A DNA stretch of 64,000 nt from Paramoeba atlantica (GCA_977017575.1 CDRNVI010000041.1:1-64000); one strand, 5' to 3'. Shown: positions 10,540 to 21,107, numbered from the stretch's first letter. The notes: generated by a model not told the origin, from the letters alone. A program made the numbers and translations.

Positions 10540-10920
10540 TATTTTTTTCATAAATCTGTTCAAAAATTCCCCAAAATCTATTGAAAAACTTGAACTGACA
10601 AATTAGGCTTAAAGTGGACACTATACATACACGCAAGCGCAATGCTCTTCTAATTTTCAAGCGTTACACTTCAAACTTCCACTTTTGTGCTCCGCTGAGG
10701 CCTGCACCCGATTATCTCTCCGGCCGGCTTTCCGGCCCAACATGCCACCTTCACGATTTGAGCGCTTCTTGGCGATTGAGTCGTGCACCTCACATTGTTT
10801 GTGTGTACACCTTCCTCAGTGACCCACTACCGACGGTGGTTCACGCTTTCCCACTTGTAGTCCCCTCGGGGACGAATATTGTGACGAGCGCATTCTGTCC
10901 CAATTCTGGTACGTTTTCCT
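10540..10920 (-). mobile_element. Merlin (IS1595-like) transposase relic, family 2, copy A
   Basis: Minus strand reads DYKWESVNHRR*WVTEEGVHTNNV (VNH...GVHTN motif); homologous to 41375-41760 in the opposite orientation. Confidence 0.65.
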
Positions 10921-10962
10921 GCGGCTAAATTTGATTGAAAAAAAATAGAAAAAAACCGAAAT

Positions 10963-11832
10963 ATGCTTCAGTTTCACCTTGAAATACGTATCGAAAAGGT
11001 GTCCAATGTTTCCATTCACTCTACCACACTGAAGATAGTTTTGCTTTTGATCTTTTTTCTTTGGATGACGATAATTCACGGAATCTGCGGATCGGATGTG
11101 CCATCAAACTCACGTTGTGCAAAGGTTAGTTCACGTCTTTTACCTCAGGAAATGCTATTCGAACGTTTTGCCGAATCGTTGAACATGGCACATCCATCAC
11201 ACCCACTCGAAATACTTTCCGCCTGGTCTTCAGAGGAGATTGTTTATAACGATCGAGGAGAAATCATACAGCTTTTGTGGTCACACAAGGGCATGAATGG
11301 TTCAATTCTTTGGGGATACATTCCTGCCACAGTGGAATTCATTGATTTTGGTTGGAATGAGTTTAATGGCAGGATCGATGCCAAGAATCTTCCCCACGGA
11401 ATTCGGGTGTTAGATATTCAACAAAACTGTTTTGACAAAGAAATTGACTGGGGCGACTTTCCACCTTCTTTGGAAGTGCTAGATATATCGTGCAATCAGT
11501 TCGAGGGATGCATCATGTGTGACAAACTTCCTGTCTCATTGAAAAGATTTAACATTCACGCGAATCAGTTTCATGGGAGCGTTGATCTGGCATTTCTTCC
11601 TTCCCATCTAGAGCACATCAATCTCTCGTATAATGCGATAGATGGACGATTTTGTGCTAGTCAGCTCCCGCGTAAGCTCATTAGCCTTAATATTGCCGTA
11701 ACGAAATTTGAAGGGACACTTGAGTGCGCAGACTTACCACCCCGCCTACGCCATATGGACGCGACATATAGTCGGATTACAGGTCACGTGCCAGAAAAAT
11801 ATGAAAGGTCAATCTTCTTGTCCCAGGAATAA
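10963..11832 (+). CDS. LRR family protein 1 (possible start 11065)
   Basis: 22-aa repeats LPxxLxxLxLxxNxFxGxL; KVSSRLLPQE N-terminal motif. Confidence 0.8.
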   Translation: MLQFHLEIRIEKVSNVSIHSTTLKIVLLLIFFLWMTIIHGICGSDVPSNSRCAKVSSRLLPQEMLFERFAESLNMAHPSHPLEILSAWSSEEIVYNDRGEIIQLLWSHKGMNGSILWGYIPATVEFIDFGWNEFNGRIDAKNLPHGIRVLDIQQNCFDKEIDWGDFPPSLEVLDISCNQFEGCIMCDKLPVSLKRFNIHANQFHGSVDLAFLPSHLEHINLSYNAIDGRFCASQLPRKLISLNIAVTKFEGTLECADLPPRLRHMDATYSRITGHVPEKYERSIFLSQE

Positions 11833-12362
11833 ATTGGTACTAATAAGCCAGCTGGCTTAGACCGCATTGTTTTTAATAACAATTTTCTACACTTGTTTGT
11901 ATTGAAATTTTGAGATGTGTTTATCGCTAGATAAATTAATTGAGGGAGAAACTACTCCGTGGCTATCCTATATTAATAAAATTGGCCCGAAATTTCGCCC
12001 CAAATTTGGCCCGACAAAAAATTTTCCGGAAAAAGTTTTTTTCGCAAAGAACCAAAGGCAGCACCATAAATAGATAGTTTTAGTAAAAAAACACACCTTT
12101 TGGACCACTCGAGACACCCTTCTTCGGAAGCGATTTGCAAACCCCAATTTGCCACATATGCTTTTTTCAACTTGAAATGTGTGCCACGCAAGGCCGTAGA
12201 GGAAGGAGGAGGCGCAAGGCGAAAAACAGAAGGCGGATTTCAGATTTCAAGATAACCGGATATTTTTCATCACCATGAAGTTCCTTCATCGAAACAAAAT
12301 AAATGTTCTTGCATCTGTTCCCTCTACGGTCGTCTGGACACGTACATTGAGTTCCCGCAGTG

Positions 12363-12387
12363 CCAGATGGAAGTTTTCACCCCTGTA
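12363..12387 (-). mobile_element. solo end of a CAGGGGTG-type Tc1 element
   Basis: CCAGATGGAAGTTTTCACCCCTG followed by TA; its reverse complement resembles the terminus at 29723. Confidence 0.35.
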
Positions 12388-13261
12388 CACTGTAACGGCG
12401 ATCTGTGGTTTTGTAAGTTTAAGAACTTTTTTATACTCGTGGGAGAGAAATTTCGTTGATTTGCTTTGGTACAACATGCCCTTTTCAAAAATTTCAAAAC
12501 CAAAAAACAAAAACCAAAAGTCACAAAGGAATAGCAAAAACTTTGAGTACCTGTAGATTTCTGTGAATCGCTGTGAGTATTTTTTTGCGACGAAAAATGG
12601 CGATCTAGAGACTCACCAATGGCGAGAGCCGGGGAGAGAGATAGAGAGTAAGAAAGGAAAAGAGGAAGAAACGTTTGCCCTTGTGTAAGATTGTTGGTGC
12701 ACTGCATGTATCCAAAGTTGTTATTATCAAAAGAGTTTTGATGCTAAGTACGTAATATTGTGCCAATGCTACAAGTTTTTAGATGAAACTACAGTCGCGT
12801 TGCCCCCCTCTTAGCCCGGAAGGTATGTAACACCCAGAGCGAGCTGTCTGTGAAGTAAATAAATTATGACCTTCACTGTGTTAGTTTTCTAATACCAGCG
12901 ATTTAAATTGACACTTGAGGCTGACCATCCAAGTGGGTCCGGGGGTCCCGGACCTGGGTCCATGGACCCACATGGGTCCGGACCCGTCAGACCCGCAAAG
13001 GTATGTATATAGTGTTTATAGTACTATAAATTTTCTTGAAACACTATAAACTATCTATAAATAGTTTTAGGGACTTCTAGAAAAAATCAGTTTCTGTGAC
13101 TTAATGATCAATTCAAATGTAGTAAATTAAGCATCATTGATCCATGCCGAATAAATTGCTCGGAGCTAAGTCCAGGGTATGCAAATATTGTGCCCTGCAT
13201 GATTGGAGAAATGTTTTGAAAACATTGATGTTTTCAAAAACTTTTTTTCCGCGTATCTTTC

Positions 13262-13331
13262 GAAAAATCAGACCCCCCTTTGTACTTCCGAAAGTACCGA
13301 AACCGGCGGAAATTTAAAGGTGGGGTGACAG
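13262..13331. mobile_element. right end of TIR family C (CTGTCACCCCCC)
   Basis: Matches 28395-28491 (ACTTCCGAAAGTACCGAAACCGGCGGAA...GGGGTGACAG, then TA). Confidence 0.7.
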
Positions 13332-13370
13332 TATCTTCTCTTGACAGTATCAAATACCTGTTTCGTAATA

Positions 13371-14249
13371 CTCCCTCTCTCATTAATTTTTATAAATGGA
13401 TTTCGAGTTATAAAAATTTAGTTTATGCGGGATCATTAATTTTTATAAATCAAAAATTTATCGAACGCTATTTCTTAATGTTTTTCTAAACCAGAGATTT
13501 TTTTCTGTTATTCTACTTAAGATGGATTATTTTGTGAACGTGGATGGACGCGCTTCGAAGAAATTTCTTACAGAAAAGCGCAAATGGTTGACTTCTATGC
13601 TGGAGGCATAGAAGGCATGTAATATCACTTACTTTCTTAAAGAAATGTTTCTTTTATGCGTTTTTAGATGTACAGTCACCCCCCCTCCCTTGACTTAGCC
13701 TGCCAAAAAGTCGAAAAAATAGGAAAAAGCGGATAAGTCGCCCAGCCGACTGCGGGCCTAATTTGTCCGAAGGAGCGTCTTCGTTGCTCGGTCGCAATCC
13801 TATGTCGTAATGCATATTGCACTGCCGGATCCAAGGAGTTCTTCTAGAACTCGCGTTTTCTTCCACGTAAATTCAACCAGGACAGGTGGGATCGGTCAGG
13901 ATCGTAAATCTCTAGTTTCAACCCTCTCAGCTTCAGATATTAGATTGATTCGTGAAAAAATGCTCATGTAGGGGAAAAGACAATCTTTTTGGGGGGGATT
14001 TTCTTTCTGAGATGAAGATACTGATTTTTGTAAAACGCGATTCACTGAAAAAATTCAGCATGGGGAAGCATGGTCGGGACCTACTCGCGGTCTTCCCTGG
14101 CACTACCATCTTACAGATCGTACTAACGCCAACCTTTTTTTGGAATAGCGGTCATTTATACGGGATCATTAATTTTTATAATTATAATTATAATTATAAC
14201 TCACTTTTTGTTATAATTTATAATTTATAAAAATTAATGAGAGGGAGAG
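13371..14249. mobile_element. Stowaway-like MITE, TA-flanked
   Basis: TA|CTCCCTCTCTCATTAATTTTTATAAAT ... ATTTATAAAAATTAATGAGAGGGAGAG|TA; CTCCC terminus; subterminal CGGGATCATTAATTTTTATAA repeated. Confidence 0.75.
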
Positions 14250-14418
14250 TATTCATTTATTCGATACCGCTATCTTTTTCTAACAGCACCCTATAACTTT
14301 GGTAACGCATTTTTTCATCAAACCCCATCTCAACCTACTTTCTTTCCACTAGCCTTCTTTCTTTTCTCCTCCTCCTTTACCCCTTCTCCCCCTTCCCTTT
14401 CTCCCCTACCCCACGGGG

Positions 14419-15054
14419 ATGTCTTCCCTTCTCTCTGCCACCGAACCCCCACACCCCCGTCCCCACCCCCCATCGCGTACGCCCTCCAAAGTCCAACACG
14501 TCTCCCTCCCCCCGGAGTTCTCCCTTTCCCTTTTCCTTCGTAACATCCAACACGCCGTCCCCTCCTGGAACACCCACAACCCCGCATGTTCCTGGGAGGG
14601 GGTGCGGTGCGATGACACGGGCCAGGTGTCCTTCCTGGAGTGGGCCGGGTACTCGCTTCGCGGCGCCCCCGCCTGGGGCTCCCTGCCCCCGACGGTTCGC
14701 GCGCTCGATCTCGCCATGCGTGTGGTCGGGGACCAGTTCCGGTTTAACCAACTGGGCGGGGAGATCGACACCGGGGCCTTACCCCCACAGCTACGGTGGT
14801 TGGTTCTCGGGGATAACCAGTTTGAGGGAACACTGTCGCTGGAGGCGCTGCCACGCTCGGTGGTGTGGGTGGATGTGAGTGCGAACAAGCTATGTGGTTC
14901 ACTGCGGTTTGCATTGCTGCCACCCCAGCTGCGGTCGCTGCAGTTGAATTTGAATCCGGAGCTGGGAGGGGTGCTATACTTAAGTGACTTGCCCCCGACG
15001 GTGACCTCGATTAACATTGAGGGAACCAGAATTGTGGGGGTGGAAGCGGGGTGA
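14419..15054 (+). CDS. LRR family protein 2
   Basis: KVQHVSLPPE motif, SW..PACSWEGVRC cap, 22-aa LRRs. Confidence 0.8.
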   Translation: MSSLLSATEPPHPRPHPPSRTPSKVQHVSLPPEFSLSLFLRNIQHAVPSWNTHNPACSWEGVRCDDTGQVSFLEWAGYSLRGAPAWGSLPPTVRALDLAMRVVGDQFRFNQLGGEIDTGALPPQLRWLVLGDNQFEGTLSLEALPRSVVWVDVSANKLCGSLRFALLPPQLRSLQLNLNPELGGVLYLSDLPPTVTSINIEGTRIVGVEAG

Positions 15055-15510
15055 AGTGAGGCCTAAATTTTGATTCTATTCATTTTGATTCTATTGTGAA
15101 ATAAACTTACTAGCATGTCACTGTATTAAAAATTGGAATGACTAATAACTTTCTATCCATTGAAATTCTGTTCTGCTCTTTAATGCAGGCGCTTTACGAT
15201 AAGGGTTGATACATACTTTATTTTGCATCCGTTTCTAATATGTTACAAATTTCGCTTTGAATTTTAACTCGACAGAAGTATCAACGAATAAAAAATGGCA
15301 CATTGCAGCATGTCCATATTGATTTAAAATATGTTTTCAGAGGAATTTATTGTTTATAAAATGAATAAACGTGAAATATTCGGTCGCGGTGTTTATAGGC
15401 TTGTGCAATACTTTTTACACAGGAAGAAAGGGTTCGATCAGGTGCCTTTTTTTTCTTTATGCTAAACAACTAGTTTAATATTCTTGCCTGACGCTTGCTA
15501 GAAATATATT

Positions 15511-16434
15511 ATGTTTTTTCACTTGAAAATCTTGTACTCTCGTCGTTTTTTCACACTCATTTTGGTTTCAATAGTTATGATTTTATTTGAAATGCTACAC
15601 GTTATCTTACGGCTGCATAGTGCGGAGTCCTTACCTTTACGACCAAGTCGAGTGCGAGGCGCACAACTACCCCCGGAAATGCAGCTTAGCAAATTTGTAC
15701 GCAATCTAACAAAAAAACATCCGACTTGGAGTGAAGAATTCCCAATCGCGTCATGGGAAGGAGTGCAGTGCTCATCGCCACGTCAAATACATACTGTAAG
15801 GTGGTGCAACATGGCCCTTTCTGGAGTTTTAAACTGGGATTATCTTCCGGATTCTCTCGTGCTCTTTGATATTTCTAGCGACTCTGTGACAACATATCCT
15901 AACATGTTAGCGGGCGAAGTACCGTTCTCACGATTTCCACCTAGCACGGAAGTCATTTTCCTTCATCGAAACTGCTTTGCTGGAAAGTTGGAGTTCTTCA
16001 CATTTCCGCGCAACCTTAGAAGTCTAAACCTAGCTCGGAATCAATTCACGGGAACAGGTTCCTTCCAAGAATTACCCCCTACATTGGATCATCTAAATAT
16101 TTCTCATAATTTGCTTAAAGGCGAGCTTCTCCTTGATACACTGCCATTGAACCTTCAGACGCTTCAGCTTGCGGGCAACTTTTTCACTGGAGAAGTTCGC
16201 TGGCACACTCTACCACGCTCCTTGATATCCGTGAGCGTGGGAGAAAATATGTTAACAGGGGAAATTGACTTTGGAGCAATGCCAGAAAATTTGAAGACCT
16301 TGAGTATACAAGCGAATGGGTTTTCCGGTCATTTTGACCACACAACTTGTCACCCAGCATTAAAAAGTGTCAATGCTCTCCGGAATCATTTCGTAAATAT
16401 ATCTCCCTATTTACCTCTTGGATTTACCGTATGA
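15511..16434 (+). CDS. LRR family protein 3
   Basis: RVRGAQLPPE motif, cap, about 7 LRRs; hydrophobic N-terminal stretch if ATG 15511 is used. Confidence 0.85.
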   Translation: MFFHLKILYSRRFFTLILVSIVMILFEMLHVILRLHSAESLPLRPSRVRGAQLPPEMQLSKFVRNLTKKHPTWSEEFPIASWEGVQCSSPRQIHTVRWCNMALSGVLNWDYLPDSLVLFDISSDSVTTYPNMLAGEVPFSRFPPSTEVIFLHRNCFAGKLEFFTFPRNLRSLNLARNQFTGTGSFQELPPTLDHLNISHNLLKGELLLDTLPLNLQTLQLAGNFFTGEVRWHTLPRSLISVSVGENMLTGEIDFGAMPENLKTLSIQANGFSGHFDHTTCHPALKSVNALRNHFVNISPYLPLGFTV

Positions 16435-16594
16435 CTAGCTGAGAATATTCAGTGAATTTGTTTTTACGATTGCGTGCATCTATTGCCCGTGCAACAATTT
16501 TTAGCTCATAAACATGTTCTTAGATAAATCTCGAGGAAAAACTAGTTCTATTTTTTGGAAGAAAAGATTTGCACCAAAGAATTTAGTATTTTAA

Positions 16595-16815
16595 TATCCC
16601 CCTACTTATAGGGCTCCGTTTTTGGGCAAAACGCCCTGTTAAGGGGAGTACAAATAAAATTATTTAGAAAGAGCAATCGGCGCCCCTTCGCAACGATTTT
16701 TATCGTTGCTAAACAAGGTCCTCCCTTTTGACATACATTAGGATGCTTGGGCTCTAGACAAAATGGCCCTATTAAGGTGGGGGTTGCGCGTAACCGTATT
16801 AAATAGTGGGGATAG
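16595..16815. mobile_element. degenerate MITE-like segment
   Basis: Imperfect inverted ends TATCCCCCTACTTA / TAGTGGGGATAG followed by TA. Confidence 0.3.
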
Positions 16816-16899
16816 TAATTTACAATTAATGCAAAAGTTGCATCGCAGGATTCAAGGTGTGATTCTGAATTCACTGTATGTTTTTAAATTTCACGAAAA

Positions 16900-17769
16900 A
16901 TGTTTCCGCTACTTTTCTACTTCGCGTGCATTCGTTTTTCGTCTGGATTTCTTGTAGACAGTAACCCTTCAAAACGGCGCAAACTTGGTCGAGTTAGCCC
17001 CAGCATCCTACCACAGGAAATGCAATTTCCTCAGTTCGTGCGGCACTTACAAAATCCCCCTCCCTCTTGGTCACTTACTACCCCTACATGCGAGTGGGAA
17101 CGTGTGACATGTGACGCGGAAGGACGGCTTCGGTCGGTGTCATGGGATGCGATGGATCTCCGAGGCAATCTAAGCTGGAGCTATCTTCCACCAACGTGCC
17201 AATGCGTCTCGGCTGTGACAAATTTCTTATCCGGGGAACTTCTCCTAGGGGATCTTCCCTATGCCTTACGTGCTCTGAGCCTCACGGACAATGACTTAGT
17301 TGGTCCGCTGTACTTAGCAGACGTCCCAGGTACGATGGAAATGCTCAATTTGAGCACAAACGCACACACAGGCGAAATTCATCTTGAATCTCTTCCAAGG
17401 AAGGTGAATTATCTTTCGCTTTCTGGAAACCGACTTACCGGACCATTAAATCTGACAAGCCTACCCCCGGCAATGGAATTATTATTTCTATCCTCGAATC
17501 GGTTTGAGGGCGCTGTAGATTTGAGGCAGCTGCCCCTCTCGCTCCGCGAACTGCACTTAGGAGAAAATTCTCTCTCCGGTTGCATCGTGCTTTCCGCTCT
17601 ACCAGATAGCTTAGAAGTTCTTGCCATGAATTCCAACTCTATAAAGGGAAATGTTGAATTTGACAATATTTCCACATCTTTGCACACTTTAGATCTTACT
17701 GATACCGAAGTCTCCGGAACGGTACCACCCCACCTAGAATTTGTTGTCTGGATAGGGGAATCGCTGTAG
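16900..17769 (+). CDS. LRR family protein 4
   Basis: RVSPSILPQE motif, cap, about 7 LRRs. Confidence 0.85.
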   Translation: MFPLLFYFACIRFSSGFLVDSNPSKRRKLGRVSPSILPQEMQFPQFVRHLQNPPPSWSLTTPTCEWERVTCDAEGRLRSVSWDAMDLRGNLSWSYLPPTCQCVSAVTNFLSGELLLGDLPYALRALSLTDNDLVGPLYLADVPGTMEMLNLSTNAHTGEIHLESLPRKVNYLSLSGNRLTGPLNLTSLPPAMELLFLSSNRFEGAVDLRQLPLSLRELHLGENSLSGCIVLSALPDSLEVLAMNSNSIKGNVEFDNISTSLHTLDLTDTEVSGTVPPHLEFVVWIGESL

Positions 17770-18129
17770 TATCGTATGGATTTTCGATTAAAGAACACTG
17801 ATGCGGGGCATTCACTAACTCAGTTGAAAGGCATAGCTGTTTCTGTAGGATGCCAGGCACCCACACTGCTCATGCATGTTCTTGGGACAATTAATAAACA
17901 AAATATCTTTTTTTCGACTGTTGTTAAAATTTTGAACCGCCTACAAATCCTAGGAAATGTTCCTTTACATATTATTGAAAACATTGAAACGATGTTAAAC
18001 ATGAAAGTACGAAGACACAGGGTGGTAAAAACACAGTATGAGCCAAGTTACGTGATTTTCTTTTTAGCCTTTCTTTTTTTGCATATTCGCACGTAATTTA
18101 CATGTACATTCTGTATATTCTGCATCGGA

Positions 18130-19513
18130 ATGAGTTTTAATTTATTTTCCTCACAGGAAAGCACTGGGATGCGTCGCGCAGGTAAAGTACGCGGATCTTT
18201 CTTACCGGAGGAATATGACTTGTCTCTTTTCATTCAGAACATTCCGAAGCGTCATCGATCGTGGAGTACAAACGTACCCGCCTGTGAGTGGAGTGGTGTT
18301 AAGTGTGATCCAACCATGCGTACTGTAACAGACCTGAACTGGAATCGTATGAAGCTCACAGGGTCTGTTGTTTGGTCACGACTTCCCCGACGGGTTGAAA
18401 TATTAGATTTATCAGAAAATATCTTGAGTGGACCTCTATTTTTAGATCAACTCCCTACAACGCTTCACACTCTACATATTTTTCATAACATTCTCACCGG
18501 AGGACTAGAATGTCAGACATTGCATGGAGGGGCGCGCAATATTTATCTTGGTGACAACCAGTTTGAAGGAGAGGTAGATCTTACCTCTCTTCCTGTCACT
18601 TTACTTCGATTTAGATAAAGATACAGTTTCTGTACCTTGTTGGTACATTTTCCCTTTAGTTCATCTTTTCTTTCCCCGGCAACGGGCATAATCTTACTGT
18701 TTTATATGCCCGTTGCCGGCCGGCACTAAGGCCGAAACTGTCCCTCTTTCTCGGAGAAGTAGGGGACGCGCTTCCACCCCATCACCCCTCCCCGGCTCAC
18801 TCCTTGAGTGGGTTTTCTTCCCTCCCCGGCTTTCTTCCCTTCGCGCCCTTTTCTCCCCGGGGAGCCATGCGCCATGGTGGCCTCCCTTGAGGACCACTGG
18901 GCGTGGCTCTGCCTCGTCTTATCGCGAGGCAGCGGTCGGTTGCAGTGCGCCCCTCCGGCTGCGTAAAGAGGTGGTGAGTTGCCTGGACCACCTCTACCGA
19001 CTGGGACCGAGTCGGTTGCAGTGCGCCCCTCCGGCTGCGTAAAGAGAGGGCGAGTTGCCTGGACCCCCTCTACCGACAGAGTCCGAGCTAAACCCCCTTG
19101 GTGCGACATCCGTCAATACGGATTGTGCCGATGATATCGGCTGCGCATTAAGGGCTGTATCTCTGCGCCAACGAGCGCATGAACATCAAAAATTAAGTAA
19201 TAATGACTTTTCTGGCGAAGTAAAATTGCATCTCTTGCCTCCATCTATGATTTCGCTCTCTTTGGGGCATAATCATTTCACTGGGCGCATTTATCTGTAC
19301 TCCCTTCCAATTCAATTGGAATTTCTCTATTTACAAAGCAATGAATTTTATGGGAATGTCGATTTAAGCACTCTCCCTGTTGCTTTAAGAGGGCTTAATT
19401 TAGATGACAACCGTTTCGATGGTTTTGAGTGGGGCACACTGGTAGCTCAAGAATCTACTCAAGTTGTTGTTGGAACGCAGCGAGGAAAAGAATTAAAAAT
19501 GACCACTGCATAA
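18130..19513 (+). pseudogene. LRR family protein 5, interrupted by the SL-headed element
   Basis: Removing 18616-19192 joins TTT AGA to TTA AGT AAT AAT and restores a 268-aa ORF (LPVTLLRFR-LSNNDFSG). Confidence 0.85.
18616..19192 (+). mobile_element. spliced-leader-headed structured non-coding element, copy 1 (577 bp)
   Basis: Starts TAAAGATACAGTTTCTGTACCTTGTTG|GTA (SL exon nt 13-39 plus donor) and ends CATCAAAAA; near-identical copy at 47447-48022. Confidence 0.9.
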
Positions 19514-19751
19514 TAAAGGACATGTAGACACATTAAAAAAAACGAAACATGCACATTATGTATAGTACGTAGAGTATGTCATGTATTGCTGATACATGTA
19601 GTATATTGGAACTGCACTGCATATTGTAAATGATGCTTTCTAAGTGATGCTAATGATTCGGCAATTGGTTTCTCAAACGTAATATTAAGCTTCAGTAAAG
19701 TACATCAGGTCAGTTGTGTAGTGCATTTCTTTCTTGGCTTATATCACATTC

Positions 19752-20591
19752 ATGACTATGAAACGTTATTGCTCGAATTTTCCGGCTCGCATTTACTCGA
19801 GCGCGGACAGCGGATCTGTGAGACAGCCTCAAAAACTTGGAAAGGTCCATTCTGCCGTGCTTCCCCTGGAAGTCCAATTTACGCAGTTCCTATCTAATGT
19901 AAGCAATTGGCATTCGACGTGGAAAGCCGAAAACCATTTCCTGGAGTGGAGTGGGGTATCTGTTTTCGAAGGTGATATGCCCGATACGGGCATGCAGAGC
20001 CTCCCTGCGCCACATCTACGAGTTATATGGTGCTTGAAATCTTTATCTGGATCGCCACGATGGGAGCTTATACCTTCCGAGGTATTTCATCTGGACCTGT
20101 CGCAGAACAATTTAAAAGGTGGTCTACCTTTTTCGAGATTTCCAGAAACGCTGCTTTGGCTTAATTTCAATGAAAACTATTTTTCGGGAGAGATTGATTG
20201 GAGCAGTCTTCCATCATATTTGAGCTTTATAAATATTTCGTTTAACGATCTCCGTGGAGCCGTGGATCTTACGAACCTCCCCGATACCCTTCAGTCACTC
20301 AGTCTTTCCGGGAATAGATTTACAGGAAATGTGCAGCTGGGACATCTGCCGAAACGACTGATCACGTTGGAGCTTTCTCACAATAAGTTTGCAGGTGAGT
20401 TGGATCTTGGTGACTTACCAGAGTCGTTGAGTTACGTCAGTTTGAACAACAATAAGTTCAATGCTTTAAAAGGAACACGATATCTGCCCATTACAATGAG
20501 TCGACTGTATCTCATGGAAAATTGCTTTAAAGAGAAACCGAAGGATCATCTTCCTGCTTACGTGCGTTGGTCGCCTCAATTAGTGGGTTAA
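19752..20591 (+). CDS. LRR family protein 6
   Basis: KVHSAVLPLE motif, about 7 LRRs; first ATG in the ORF is 19752. Confidence 0.85.
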   Translation: MTMKRYCSNFPARIYSSADSGSVRQPQKLGKVHSAVLPLEVQFTQFLSNVSNWHSTWKAENHFLEWSGVSVFEGDMPDTGMQSLPAPHLRVIWCLKSLSGSPRWELIPSEVFHLDLSQNNLKGGLPFSRFPETLLWLNFNENYFSGEIDWSSLPSYLSFINISFNDLRGAVDLTNLPDTLQSLSLSGNRFTGNVQLGHLPKRLITLELSHNKFAGELDLGDLPESLSYVSLNNNKFNALKGTRYLPITMSRLYLMENCFKEKPKDHLPAYVRWSPQLVG

Positions 20592-21107
20592 TGCCTTATT
20601 TTGTGAGTTAAGGAAAAGTTAAATCGTAACTATTGTTTTGAGTAGTAACTGTTGTTTTGATAGCAAGATTTTGTAGGGGGGTGTAGATATAGATATGGAT
20701 ATGGACGTAGTACTTTTTTACAGCGGTTTTACGTTTCTTCTACTGAATCACTTTCCTTACTCCTTAGCGAAAAATATCGCCAAAAAAGGAAGAAAAATGT
20801 ACTTACAAGAAAAGGTTGTACTAAAGGTACTAAAAAGTTACTTTCCAGAAAAACTACTTATCACAGTGTAATAGGTGTAATAAGCGTAATAAGTACAGTG
20901 TACTATTGGAACTATCCTTTCACGTTCTTGATCATTTCTAACCATAAAATTCGATACTTCAATAAAAATCCGTACATTGCTCATCATGATTACTCGTTTC
21001 CGCTATGATCTTACGCTAAACTGTCTCCTTAGCACTGCACTTTTTCCGCAATTCTTAAGCTGCAAGGAACGATTTCCATGAGCTTTCGATAAAGCCAATC
21101 CCCCATC

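Noticed and set aside
13085-13100. TCAGTTTCTGT resembling the SL core
   Set aside because: Only 11 nt and lacks the TAC...TTG|GT continuation; compatible with chance.
18935-19077. tRNA or 5S rRNA origin of the duplicated module (minus-strand CAGTCGGTAGAG resembles a D-arm/A-box)
   Set aside because: No B-box (GTTCRA) or cloverleaf follows, and no 5S similarity was seen.
18694-19109. ORFs inside the element (109 aa +, 127 aa -) repeated at 47.5 kb
   Set aside because: Short, motif-free, expected in GC-rich sequence; their similarity only reflects the DNA duplication.
18616-19192. Hammerhead, HDV-like or group I intron identity for the repeated element
   Set aside because: No CTGA occurs on either strand, so there is no CUGANGA core; I could not build an HDV double pseudoknot by eye; the AAGATACAGT that resembles a group I S element is better explained as SL exon, and the ends are not U|...G.
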